Positions 1 through 7,693 of a stretch of 41,409 nt of DNA are shown here, piece by piece. The stretch spans positions 1 through 41,409 of the forward strand of contig JANTGO010000001.1 in the NCBI GenBank assembly GCA_024763015.1, in the 5' to 3' direction. The translations under genes and the position numbers were made by a program. The DNA comes from Flavobacteriaceae bacterium. Lineage in GTDB: Bacteria; Bacteroidota; Bacteroidia; Flavobacteriales; Flavobacteriaceae. Under the pieces are notes generated by a model. That model ran no database searches and had not been told where the DNA came from. It was given only the letters and a program-made list of their open reading frames with translations. Each line of letters opens with the position of its first letter. The stretch's first letter is position 1.

Positions 1-354
1 TGGCTGTTGTTTTGGGCATATCGATATACCGACGATGTGCTACTATTTTATTTGCCCTTTAGCGTAATTGTCTTTGCTGATGCCTTTGCGGCTTTGGTCG
101 GCAGTAAATTGCCGATAAAAAAGTTTAAGTTTACGTCAAATGCAAAATCTATTGGTGGTTCTTTTACTTTTTTTATAATAGCTTTCTTGCTTTCATTTTA
201 TCTTTTGAAATATTATTCGCACCTCCATAATATTCTGATTTATAGTTTATTGCATTCTATTATTTTGACATTAGTTGAAGCTTTTTCCACTAAAGGATTG
301 GATAATCTTACGCTTCCTGTTGCATCGGTTATTTTTTTGCTATTGTTAAATTAG
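1..354 (+). CDS. 3' part of a polytopic membrane protein, CTP-dependent lipid kinase / cytidylyltransferase superfamily (dolichol/phytol-kinase-like); 5' end outside window
   Basis: Frame +1 is open from base 1 to TAG at 352-354. Hydrophobic throughout. Blocks FADAFAALVGSK, KSIGGS and VEAFSTKGLDNLTLP resemble the C-terminal conserved blocks of that superfamily (motif memory only). Confidence 0.45.
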   Translation, partial: WLLFWAYRYTDDVLLFYLPFSVIVFADAFAALVGSKLPIKKFKFTSNAKSIGGSFTFFIIAFLLSFYLLKYYSHLHNILIYSLLHSIILTLVEAFSTKGLDNLTLPVASVIFLLLLN

Positions 355-362
355 AAACATAA

Positions 363-974
363 ATGAGGACAATTTGTATTACGGGGCTCGATGGAAGTGG
401 AAAATCTACACAAGCCGAATTGTTAGCAACAAAACTCCCTAACAGTCGAATTGTATCGGTTTGGGACATTATTACGAGGGAAGAATTTAAAGCCTGGACG
501 ATTTATAAAAAAGATTTGAATGTCGAAAAATATGTTGTGAATTTACACTCGACGAGTCGAAGTCTATTTATATTTCACGCTTTTAATGAAGCTTATCAAA
601 GAGCTATAAACACAGAAGCCGATTTCTTAATTTTTGATTCGCATTGGTACAAATATTGGGCGATAGAGCAGGCAATGGGTGCTCCGGCTTCACTAGCTGA
701 ATTTTTTAAAAACCAATACCAGCCAAGCGATTTGATTTTTTATTTACAGCTTTCTTTGCAAAGTCAAATAGACCGAAAAACAAAGATTTCTGTATATGAA
801 AGTGGACAAAACGGGTCAAAAAAGATTGATAATTTTGTTAAAATTCAATCAAAAGCCAAATCTATCTTAGAAGTTCTATTGCCAAGAGATACGATTTATC
901 TTCAAGCTGAAAACACGGTTGAAAAATTGTCGGATGAAATATTAAAAACGGTGGTCCGAAAATTTGATTTATGA
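363..974 (+). CDS. P-loop nucleotide/nucleoside-monophosphate-kinase-like protein (thymidylate-kinase superfamily)
   Basis: Walker A GLDGSGKST lies directly after the Met. 203 aa. Only 8 nt separate it from the upstream membrane-protein gene. Confidence 0.5.
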   Translation: MRTICITGLDGSGKSTQAELLATKLPNSRIVSVWDIITREEFKAWTIYKKDLNVEKYVVNLHSTSRSLFIFHAFNEAYQRAINTEADFLIFDSHWYKYWAIEQAMGAPASLAEFFKNQYQPSDLIFYLQLSLQSQIDRKTKISVYESGQNGSKKIDNFVKIQSKAKSILEVLLPRDTIYLQAENTVEKLSDEILKTVVRKFDL

Positions 975-1024
975 AACCACCATGTATGATTCACTTTACA
1001 CACAAAGATATGATTATGGTGGTT
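975..1024 (+). terminator. 9-bp inverted repeat AACCACCAT / ATGGTGGTT with a 32-nt loop just after the kinase-like gene; possible weak terminator or RNA element
   Basis: Perfect 9-bp arms at 975-983 and 1016-1024. No U-run follows. Confidence 0.25.
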
Positions 1025-1061
1025 CCATGTGTTACCAATAAAAAAATAAAATTATAAACAC

Positions 1062-1904
1062 ATGAAAGCTGTAAAAGAATTATTAGGCTTATATTTGAGA
1101 GATTTATCAAAGCTGTATGAACCGGTAGAAATCAGGGCTATTTTTTATACTTTAACCGAATTTTATGCTGATTTAGATCGAATTGATGTGAGTTTGAATC
1201 CTGAGATTTCAATGGAAGAATCGGAGATGTTGTCGGCTTTGGAGAAATTACAGGAAGCAGTGCCTTTGCAACATATTACAGGTCAAAAGGAGTTTTATGG
1301 TAGAAAATTTTTGGTCAATAAAGATGTATTGATTCCCAGACCTGAAACCGCTGAACTGGTCGAATGGATTTTACAAGATTTTGAAACACAAAAAGAATTA
1401 AAAATTTTAGACATAGGGACGGGGAGTGGTATCATTGCCATCAGTTTGGCAAAAACTTTGCCCAATGCTGAAGTAACGGCAGTCGATATTTCGGAAACGG
1501 CTTTGCTGACAGCACAAAAAAATGCAGATTTACATAAAGTTACTATTTCTTTTCGTAGGGTAGATATTTTGTCTGCTACTGATTTTAAAGAGAAATTTGA
1601 TGTTATAGTATCCAACCCGCCTTATATTCGAAATAGTGAAAAAGGCTTGATGCAAGACAATGTTTTGAATTATGAACCCCATAAGGCATTGTTCGTTTCG
1701 GACGAAAATCCGTTGATTTTTTATAATAAAATTTTAGATTTTGCTAGAAAAAATACATCCAAAAATGCCTTGGTTTATTTTGAAATAAATGAATATCTAA
1801 AAGATGAAATGACCGAGCTATTAATGAGAAAAAAGTTTGATAAATACGAGTTTAGAAAGGATATTTTTGACAAATGGCGTATGCTGAAAGTCTGGGTGTC
1901 CTGA
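1062..1904 (+). CDS. prmC: Peptide chain release factor N5-glutamine methyltransferase (HemK/PrmC)
   Basis: SAM-binding DIGTGSG and catalytic NPPY (VSNPPYI). The PLQHITGQKEFYGRKFLV block is typical of HemK. 280 aa. Confidence 0.85.
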   Translation: MKAVKELLGLYLRDLSKLYEPVEIRAIFYTLTEFYADLDRIDVSLNPEISMEESEMLSALEKLQEAVPLQHITGQKEFYGRKFLVNKDVLIPRPETAELVEWILQDFETQKELKILDIGTGSGIIAISLAKTLPNAEVTAVDISETALLTAQKNADLHKVTISFRRVDILSATDFKEKFDVIVSNPPYIRNSEKGLMQDNVLNYEPHKALFVSDENPLIFYNKILDFARKNTSKNALVYFEINEYLKDEMTELLMRKKFDKYEFRKDIFDKWRMLKVWVS

Positions 1905-1934
1905 TTGTAAGTATATATTGTAGTTAATTGTTTA

Positions 1935-4367
1935 TTAGTTGTTTGTGGTAGATTTTAACACCAATCGCAGCTCGTCATAAGAATATTTATCTTTAGCAAT
2001 TTTTTTCAGTTCGGTTAGGTTTTCAAAGCTATTATTCTCGATTATTTGTTTGATGGCATCATATTTTTTAGCTTCTATCAAATCCGTAATTTTAATTTCG
2101 CCCGTAGGCAAAAAATGCGATAAGTGATTGATGATGGTTCCTTTGGTTAATTCCCTTTTCGCAGCTATTTCTTCCGGTGTTTTTCCGGATCGAAACATTT
2201 CTAACGAAATTTGTTTTGTTTGTCCTTTTGTTGTTTTTTTCTTTATTTTTTCAGCTTGATCCTCTCGCATTTCTATTTTATTCTCCAGGCAATAGGCTTG
2301 TATGATTTCAATTATATCGTCACCATATTTTTGGAGGCGTACCTTACCGATACCGTTTATTTTTTTTAATTGCTGCCGGGTTACCGGTAATTTATCGCAA
2401 AGTTCATATAAGGTTTCTTGTGTAAATACTTGAAAATGCGGAATATCTTCTTCAAAAGCAAAAGATGCACGCAAATCTCGAAGTGCTTCAAAAAGGTCAG
2501 AATGTTTCAGTAAATTACTAATGTCTTTTTTCTTCTTTTTTTTGGGTTGCTGTTGCAAAATGGCATCGGCTCTTAAAGAAAGATATTTTTTTATTTGGAA
2601 TCCATTATTCAAGTTTTTGAGCAAAAATAGTTTTTGGGATAATAATTCATCGATTTTTTGTACGTTTTTGCTAAAATCTTTATCGAGTTGCTTGTTTTCA
2701 GTCGAAAAGTTAAAATCGGCAAAAGGTTTTTCTATTTTTTCTTGCGTCTGTTCCAAAAAATAAGCAATCGCTTTTTTTATTCGCACTTGAATAGCTTTAT
2801 CTTGTTCTAAATCGACAACATCTTTGCTCATGATTTTTACTTGCTTGATAAAATTTTCTTTTACCCGCAAAAGTGGAATAATGGCTTCTTGTTTCATTAT
2901 TTTTAAAGGATCGGTAATGTTTCCTTTAAAACTATTGGCATTGCTATAATAAATATCCATCAATCTGTTTGCCGGATAAATAAATGGAAAATAATCTAGC
3001 AGTTCGTCGATAAGATTTATGATGAATAATTTTTGCGATTTTTTCAGTTCTTTTTCATCGGGTTGGAGGGCAGCTACCGCTTCATTAAATGAAGAAACGC
3101 GTGCATCGTTGATAATACTTTGTGCTTTGATAGGACTTTTGAGTACCAGACCTTCCAGATTTTTGCAACGGCTTAGGGCGACGTAAGTTTGCCCGTGAGC
3201 AAAAGACAATTCCGCATCGATAATGGCTTTTTCAAATGTTAGCCCTTGGCTTTTATGTATGGTAATTGCCCAAGCCAATCGTAAGGGAATTTGTGCGTAA
3301 CTGCCTTTGATTTTTTCTTCAATGGCATTGGTTTCGGTATTTAAATCATAGCTGACATTGTTCCAAGTTTCTTGTTTTACTTCAATCTCAAAGTCATCAC
3401 TGGGTGATTGCACACTAATATGATCTTTTGAGATAGAAGTGATTTTGCCGATTTTACCGTTAAAATATTGTTTTTCAAAACTGCTGTCATTTTTTATAAA
3501 CATGACTTGCGCACCTTTTTTGAGTGTCAATACTTCATCATTCGGAAAAGCATTGTCGGGAAAATGCCCATCGATAGATGCCTTAAATTTGTAGCTTTTT
3601 GTTTTTAGTTTAGCGAGTTTTTCCTGATTTATTTTATTCGCTTTGTAATTGTGTGTGGTTAATAAGATGTATCCTTCATCGTCCTTTGGGTCAAAATCTT
3701 TTTGATAGCGTTGGTTGAGCAAATTTGCCGATTCCTCTGACATTTTATTATCTCTGATTTCATTTAAAATTTTGATAAAAACTTCATCTTCTTGCCGGTA
3801 AATATGTTTAAGTTCGATGTTTACAGCTTGTGCTTGCTGAAAAGCTTTGCTACTAAAAAAGAAAGGTGTTTGATAATATTTTTTTAAGAGTTTCCATTCG
3901 TTTTCTTTTACAACGGGTGCCAATTGTTGCAAGTCGCCAATCATCAATACTTGGGTGCCGCCAAAGACTTTGTTGCGGTCTTTGTATTTACGAAGTATTT
4001 GGTCAATGCCATCGAGCAAATCGGCACGAACCATACTAATTTCATCTATAATCAATAAATCGAGGGAACGAATGATGTCAATCTTTTTACGATTGAATTT
4101 TCGCTTAAAATCACGTTTGATATTTTGAGTTTCTTGTTCCGGTAAAATAGGTCCGAAAGGCATTTGAAAGAAGGAGTGTATCGTAACGCCTTTGGCATTG
4201 ATGGCTGCTACACCGGTGGGTGCTACAATTACTATTCGTTTTAAACTTTCTTGTTTGATTTGATGTAAAAAGGTAGTTTTTCCGGTACCTGCTTTTCCGG
4301 TTAAAAATATGTTTCTGTCGGTGTGGTTCACAAAATTGGTGGCAAGTATAAGTTCGTTGTTGGTCAT
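1935..4367 (-). CDS. SF1 Pif1/RecD-like DNA helicase with C-terminal HRDC-like and helix-turn-helix extension
   Basis: Walker A GKAGTGKTT, Walker B LLIIDEISMV, GDLQQLAPV, ITIHKSQGLTF and YVALSRC. The C-terminal ~300 aa contain an HRDC-like segment (LYELCDKLPVTRQQLKKINGIGKVRLQKYG) and a terminal HTH-like segment (TPEEIAAKRELTKGTIINHL). Confidence 0.8.
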   Translation of the reverse strand: MTNNELILATNFVNHTDRNIFLTGKAGTGKTTFLHQIKQESLKRIVIVAPTGVAAINAKGVTIHSFFQMPFGPILPEQETQNIKRDFKRKFNRKKIDIIRSLDLLIIDEISMVRADLLDGIDQILRKYKDRNKVFGGTQVLMIGDLQQLAPVVKENEWKLLKKYYQTPFFFSSKAFQQAQAVNIELKHIYRQEDEVFIKILNEIRDNKMSEESANLLNQRYQKDFDPKDDEGYILLTTHNYKANKINQEKLAKLKTKSYKFKASIDGHFPDNAFPNDEVLTLKKGAQVMFIKNDSSFEKQYFNGKIGKITSISKDHISVQSPSDDFEIEVKQETWNNVSYDLNTETNAIEEKIKGSYAQIPLRLAWAITIHKSQGLTFEKAIIDAELSFAHGQTYVALSRCKNLEGLVLKSPIKAQSIINDARVSSFNEAVAALQPDEKELKKSQKLFIINLIDELLDYFPFIYPANRLMDIYYSNANSFKGNITDPLKIMKQEAIIPLLRVKENFIKQVKIMSKDVVDLEQDKAIQVRIKKAIAYFLEQTQEKIEKPFADFNFSTENKQLDKDFSKNVQKIDELLSQKLFLLKNLNNGFQIKKYLSLRADAILQQQPKKKKKKDISNLLKHSDLFEALRDLRASFAFEEDIPHFQVFTQETLYELCDKLPVTRQQLKKINGIGKVRLQKYGDDIIEIIQAYCLENKIEMREDQAEKIKKKTTKGQTKQISLEMFRSGKTPEEIAAKRELTKGTIINHLSHFLPTGEIKITDLIEAKKYDAIKQIIENNSFENLTELKKIAKDKYSYDELRLVLKSTTNN

Positions 4368-4435
4368 CGATATAAATTTATGGGCTTTAAACTATGGCTA
4401 AAGTAAGAAAAATAATTTAATTGGATAAAATAGCT

Positions 4436-4443
4436 TAAATTTG
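4436..4443 (+). promoter_or_regulatory. Bacteroidota-type -7 box TAAATTTG upstream of lemA
   Basis: Matches TAnnTTTG, 29 nt before ATG 4473. Confidence 0.45.
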
Positions 4444-4472
4444 TTTTAAATTAACCCTCAAAATATATTATT

Positions 4473-5039
4473 ATGCCTCTAATCATCCTTTTAGTTATTG
4501 TTTTAGTCATTTTTTTGATAGGATTATCCATTTATAATGGACTAATTCGCAAAAAGAATAATGTAAAAAATACCATGAGTACCATTGACGTGATGCTCAA
4601 AAAACGACACGATTTGATTCCAAATTTGGTTCAATCGGTCAAGAAATATATGGAGCATGAGCGTGGAACGCTTACAGATATTGTAAAGTTGCGTTCGCAA
4701 ATCATAGAAGACAAGGATTTGTCTGATGCGGACAGAATGAAATTGGAGAGCCAATTAAGCAGCCGGTTAAGTGGATTGAAAATTAATGTTGAAAATTATC
4801 CCGATTTAAAAGCCAATGAAAATTTTATTCAATTGCAAGAAAGTTTAAATGAAGTAGAAGCGCAATTGTCAGCAGCAAGACGTACTTATAATGCCAGTGT
4901 TTTGGAATACAACAATGCTTTGGAGGTGTTTCCGTCAAGTATTTTTGCAAAAAATATGAATTTAAAACCGGCTTCATTTATCGAAATACCCAAAGAGGAA
5001 CGCGAAACACCTAGTGTAAAAGACTTGTTTAACGAATGA
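4473..5039 (+). CDS. lemA: LemA family membrane-anchored protein
   Basis: N-terminal TM helix. Typical LemA blocks: KKRHDLIPNLV, YMEHERGTL, ENYPDLKANENF, RRTYNASVLEYNN, FPSSIFA. Confidence 0.85.
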   Translation: MPLIILLVIVLVIFLIGLSIYNGLIRKKNNVKNTMSTIDVMLKKRHDLIPNLVQSVKKYMEHERGTLTDIVKLRSQIIEDKDLSDADRMKLESQLSSRLSGLKINVENYPDLKANENFIQLQESLNEVEAQLSAARRTYNASVLEYNNALEVFPSSIFAKNMNLKPASFIEIPKEERETPSVKDLFNE

Positions 5040-5956
5040 TTTCCCCCAAAATAAGCAAAAACATTCAAGAGCGATTAAAGCAAATGAATGACGAAGTAAT
5101 CCAATCCAAAAAAAATATTAGGAATATGTGGATTGGCATTGCTATTTTTTCAATTATTTTATTGCCAATTTGCTACCTAAACCAAGCGATGATTTTCTTT
5201 ATAATAGTGGTGGTTATAGCCGGTTTTATTGGCGGCGGTGTACAAAACAGTATCATTGGTAACAAGAAAAATACTTTTAAAACACAAATCGTTTCGAGTT
5301 TGGTCAATCAAGATGAAGAATTGGGTATTAGCTATGAGCCACAAGCGCATATCACTTGGCAAGAGTTTAGGTATTCCGGTATTTTTAACAGCCAAATTGA
5401 CCGATTTAAAGGAGAAGATTTGTTTACAGGCACAAGAGGAAAGACAAAATTCAAGTTTTCTGAAATTTTGGCCGAAGAAAAACACGAAAGAACTGATTCA
5501 AAAGGACATACAAGCACCTATTATGAAACCATTTTTGAAGGAATTTTTTTTGTGGCTGAGTTTAACAAGAAATTAAAAGGTTTTACCAGAGTGGTTGAGG
5601 GTAGCGATGGTTTTTTTGAAAAACTATTTAACGGAAAGCATAAAGCGGTATTAGAAAATCCCCGTTTTGAAAAAATTTATAATACATACAGCGATGACCA
5701 AGTAGAGGCGCGCTATATTTTGACACCGGATATGATGGAAAGAATACTAAAACTTAAAGATTTATTCAATACCAAAATCTACTACAGTTTTAGAGATCAG
5801 TTTATTTTTATAGCCATTCATTCCCATCAAGACAGGTTTGAACTTAATACAGGCTTACCGGTGGACGAACAACAAGTTGACCGAATTTTTAAAGAAATAG
5901 AAAGCGTGTTGCAAGTCATAGATATCTTGGCATTAAACACGCGTATCTGGGGTTAA
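5036..5956 (+). CDS. DUF3137-like membrane protein, the usual LemA partner
   Basis: ATGA start/stop overlap with lemA at 5036-5039. Two N-terminal TM helices followed by a soluble domain. I recall DUF3137 proteins as a frequent LemA neighbour in Bacteroidota. Confidence 0.6.
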   Translation: MISPKISKNIQERLKQMNDEVIQSKKNIRNMWIGIAIFSIILLPICYLNQAMIFFIIVVVIAGFIGGGVQNSIIGNKKNTFKTQIVSSLVNQDEELGISYEPQAHITWQEFRYSGIFNSQIDRFKGEDLFTGTRGKTKFKFSEILAEEKHERTDSKGHTSTYYETIFEGIFFVAEFNKKLKGFTRVVEGSDGFFEKLFNGKHKAVLENPRFEKIYNTYSDDQVEARYILTPDMMERILKLKDLFNTKIYYSFRDQFIFIAIHSHQDRFELNTGLPVDEQQVDRIFKEIESVLQVIDILALNTRIWG

Positions 5957-5977
5957 TATTTTGTAAAAAAAGTTCTG

Positions 5978-6415
5978 TTAAACCAGTCTGCTGATTTCAA
6001 CATCTGACATATTTTTTACATCATTTTCAAATTCTTTAAGACTTTCTAATAGCATTTCAGATACCTGTAGCAGTTGTCCCATCATTTTGTCTAACTTGTC
6101 AGCTTTTTGTTTACCGGCAGATTTACTGGATACAAACAAACCGGATTTTGCAGGTTGTTTTCTAGCTTTATATAATTGCATATATTGATTGTGCAACATG
6201 CTATGAGGTTGTTCAATAGCTTGATAACTGTCGAGGTCAGAAAATATGGTTGCATCACCATAGTACCATTTACCAAATCCACATTCGGTTTCTACCATAG
6301 GTACCGCATTTTTATCAACGGGAATGCCTAAATGCAAAGCTTTTGCATACGATACCCATCTTTTATGTCCCATTTTTGCTTGCCTAATTTGATTTATTAC
6401 TTCTTGTTTTGTCAT
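5978..6415 (-). CDS. Stand-alone CZB (chemoreceptor zinc-binding) domain protein
   Basis: The 3His/1Cys layout is intact: HKRW, 24 residues, CGFGKW, 20 residues, HSMLH. 145 aa with no other domain. Confidence 0.7.
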   Translation of the reverse strand: MTKQEVINQIRQAKMGHKRWVSYAKALHLGIPVDKNAVPMVETECGFGKWYYGDATIFSDLDSYQAIEQPHSMLHNQYMQLYKARKQPAKSGLFVSSKSAGKQKADKLDKMMGQLLQVSEMLLESLKEFENDVKNMSDVEISRLV

Positions 6416-6431
6416 TGTCTAAAAATTTCTG

Positions 6432-6439
6432 CAAAATTA
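6432..6439 (-). promoter_or_regulatory. -7 box TAATTTTG upstream of the CZB gene
   Basis: Reverse complement of CAAAATTA, 16 nt before ATG 6415. Confidence 0.4.
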
Positions 6440-6499
6440 TATTTTTTTTATTCAAACAAGCCAATTTGTTATAAATGTTACTTATGAGATAAATAGAAT

Positions 6500-7579
6500 T
6501 TAATTATGTTTGAATAAATCTTCCAATATTTCATTCCGTTTGATTTTGCCGGAAGTTGTTTTTTTAAATTGAGGTAGATAAAAAATACTTTGTGGTATTT
6601 CGTAAGGAGCTAAATATTTTTTAAAATTTAGATTCTCTTTTTTGTGTGCTGATTCGATAATCATGACAATTTTTTCCCCTAATTTTTCGTCAGGAAGGCC
6701 TGCAATAAAGAAGTTTTCAGGAATAAAAGCGGTTAGTTTAGCTTCGATTTGTTCAGGCATAAATTTCAATCCGCCGCTGTTGATGATGTTGTCATAACGC
6801 CCCAACCATTTGAAGTGTTTTTCATCTAATATTTCTACAATATCATTGGTGATAATGGTTTCATCGGACAGTTCCGGCGCTTCTACCACCAAGCAATTCC
6901 TTTGGTCTTGTCTTATGCTGATATTGTTCAATAATTGATAAGCATCAACCGATAGAGGATTATGGTAAAAATCTTTTTTTGCTGCTTTATTTAAAGCTTT
7001 TACAGCAATATGTGTAATGGTTTCAGTCATGCCATAGGTAGCAAATATTTTATTTTTTTGATGATTTATTTTATTTTGCAAGGCAGTCGTTACAACCCCA
7101 CCACCGATGATTAATTTGTCGATTTTATGAAGCAAATCACTGTTTTGATAGGCTTGTAGAGGTACCATTGCACCAAAATCGTAGTGGTGGGATTTTAGTT
7201 GCTTTGAAATACTTATATTTTCGGGTGAGATAACATCGAGATGCCATCCGCCGATTAAGGCACGTATCCACATCATTTTACCGGCAATAAAATCTGAGGA
7301 TAGGTTCAGCAAGGCAGTTGTTTTAGGTGTTAATCGAAAAAAATCAATAGTATTTTTAGCACTGTTGACCAAATATTTCTTTTTTAATCTTATCGCTTTC
7401 GGGTTTCCGGTAGAGCCGGATGTTTTGGCTATAATAAATGTTTGATTATCAAATAATTGTTGTATAAAATTGTGGTCTTTTGGAAAAGATTTTTTTACAA
7501 AAGCCATCATTTCTTGTGCATGATCAAAATGCTGCCCATTAAGTTGGAAATCGGGATGTATATTGATGTAGGATTGCAT
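6500..7579 (-). CDS. Short AMP-binding (adenylate-forming) enzyme, O-succinylbenzoate-CoA-ligase-like
   Basis: TSGSTGNPK, YGMTET and the C-terminal SGKIKR lysine. Start moved to ATG 7579 (MQSYINIHPDF); the track start at 7597 is a TTG overlapping a -7 box. Confidence 0.6.
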   Translation of the reverse strand: MQSYINIHPDFQLNGQHFDHAQEMMAFVKKSFPKDHNFIQQLFDNQTFIIAKTSGSTGNPKAIRLKKKYLVNSAKNTIDFFRLTPKTTALLNLSSDFIAGKMMWIRALIGGWHLDVISPENISISKQLKSHHYDFGAMVPLQAYQNSDLLHKIDKLIIGGGVVTTALQNKINHQKNKIFATYGMTETITHIAVKALNKAAKKDFYHNPLSVDAYQLLNNISIRQDQRNCLVVEAPELSDETIITNDIVEILDEKHFKWLGRYDNIINSGGLKFMPEQIEAKLTAFIPENFFIAGLPDEKLGEKIVMIIESAHKKENLNFKKYLAPYEIPQSIFYLPQFKKTTSGKIKRNEILEDLFKHN

Positions 7580-7594
7580 GGCTTTATTTTTGTT

Positions 7595-7602
7595 CAAAAA
7601 TA
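7595..7602 (-). promoter_or_regulatory. -7 box TATTTTTG upstream of the AMP-binding enzyme gene
   Basis: Reverse complement of CAAAAATA, 15 nt before ATG 7579. Confidence 0.4.
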
Positions 7603-7640
7603 CGCAAAATTTGATTAGATTTTTGATTATTAAATGTTAG

Positions 7641-7671
7641 AAAAAAATCCCGTTAATGAATTAGCGGGATT
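7641..7671 (-). terminator. Rho-independent terminator of the etfB-etfA-ACAD transcription unit
   Basis: Stem AATCCCG/CGGGATT (7646-7652, 7665-7671), followed on the minus strand by a 7-nt U-run (plus-strand A7, 7641-7647). Confidence 0.65.
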
Positions 7672-7693
7672 AAAAACTAAGAATTTTATTGAT

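Noticed and set aside
1295-1615. 106-aa antisense ORF inside prmC. Similar antisense or out-of-frame ORFs occur at 4542-4754, 4886-5068, 5177-5576, 6091-6282, 8084-8374, 8671-8871, 9508-10080, 10799-11461, 11889-12415, 12876-13136, 13529-13889, 14261-14585, 15121-15704, 16074-16385, 17218-18158, 19432-19614, 20445-20829, 23280-23618, 26636-28003, 28484-28947, 32909-33506, 35631-36183, 37244-37477, 37984-38363 and 40182-40406.
   Set aside because: Each lies wholly within a longer ORF that carries clear family motifs. Their translations are low-complexity or Cys/Phe/Ser-rich with no recognisable motifs, as expected for shadow frames.
1062-1904. NPPY methyltransferase next to a helicase and a P-loop protein, considered as a restriction-modification or defence module.
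   Set aside because: The N-terminal HemK-specific region and overall architecture fit the release-factor glutamine methyltransferase. There is no nuclease or specificity subunit. The helicase is on the opposite strand and convergent.
2521-2763. 80-aa plus-strand ORF beginning MSFFFFFLGCCC, opposite the helicase gene.
   Set aside because: The poly-Phe is the complement of the helicase poly-Lys linker, so this is a shadow ORF.
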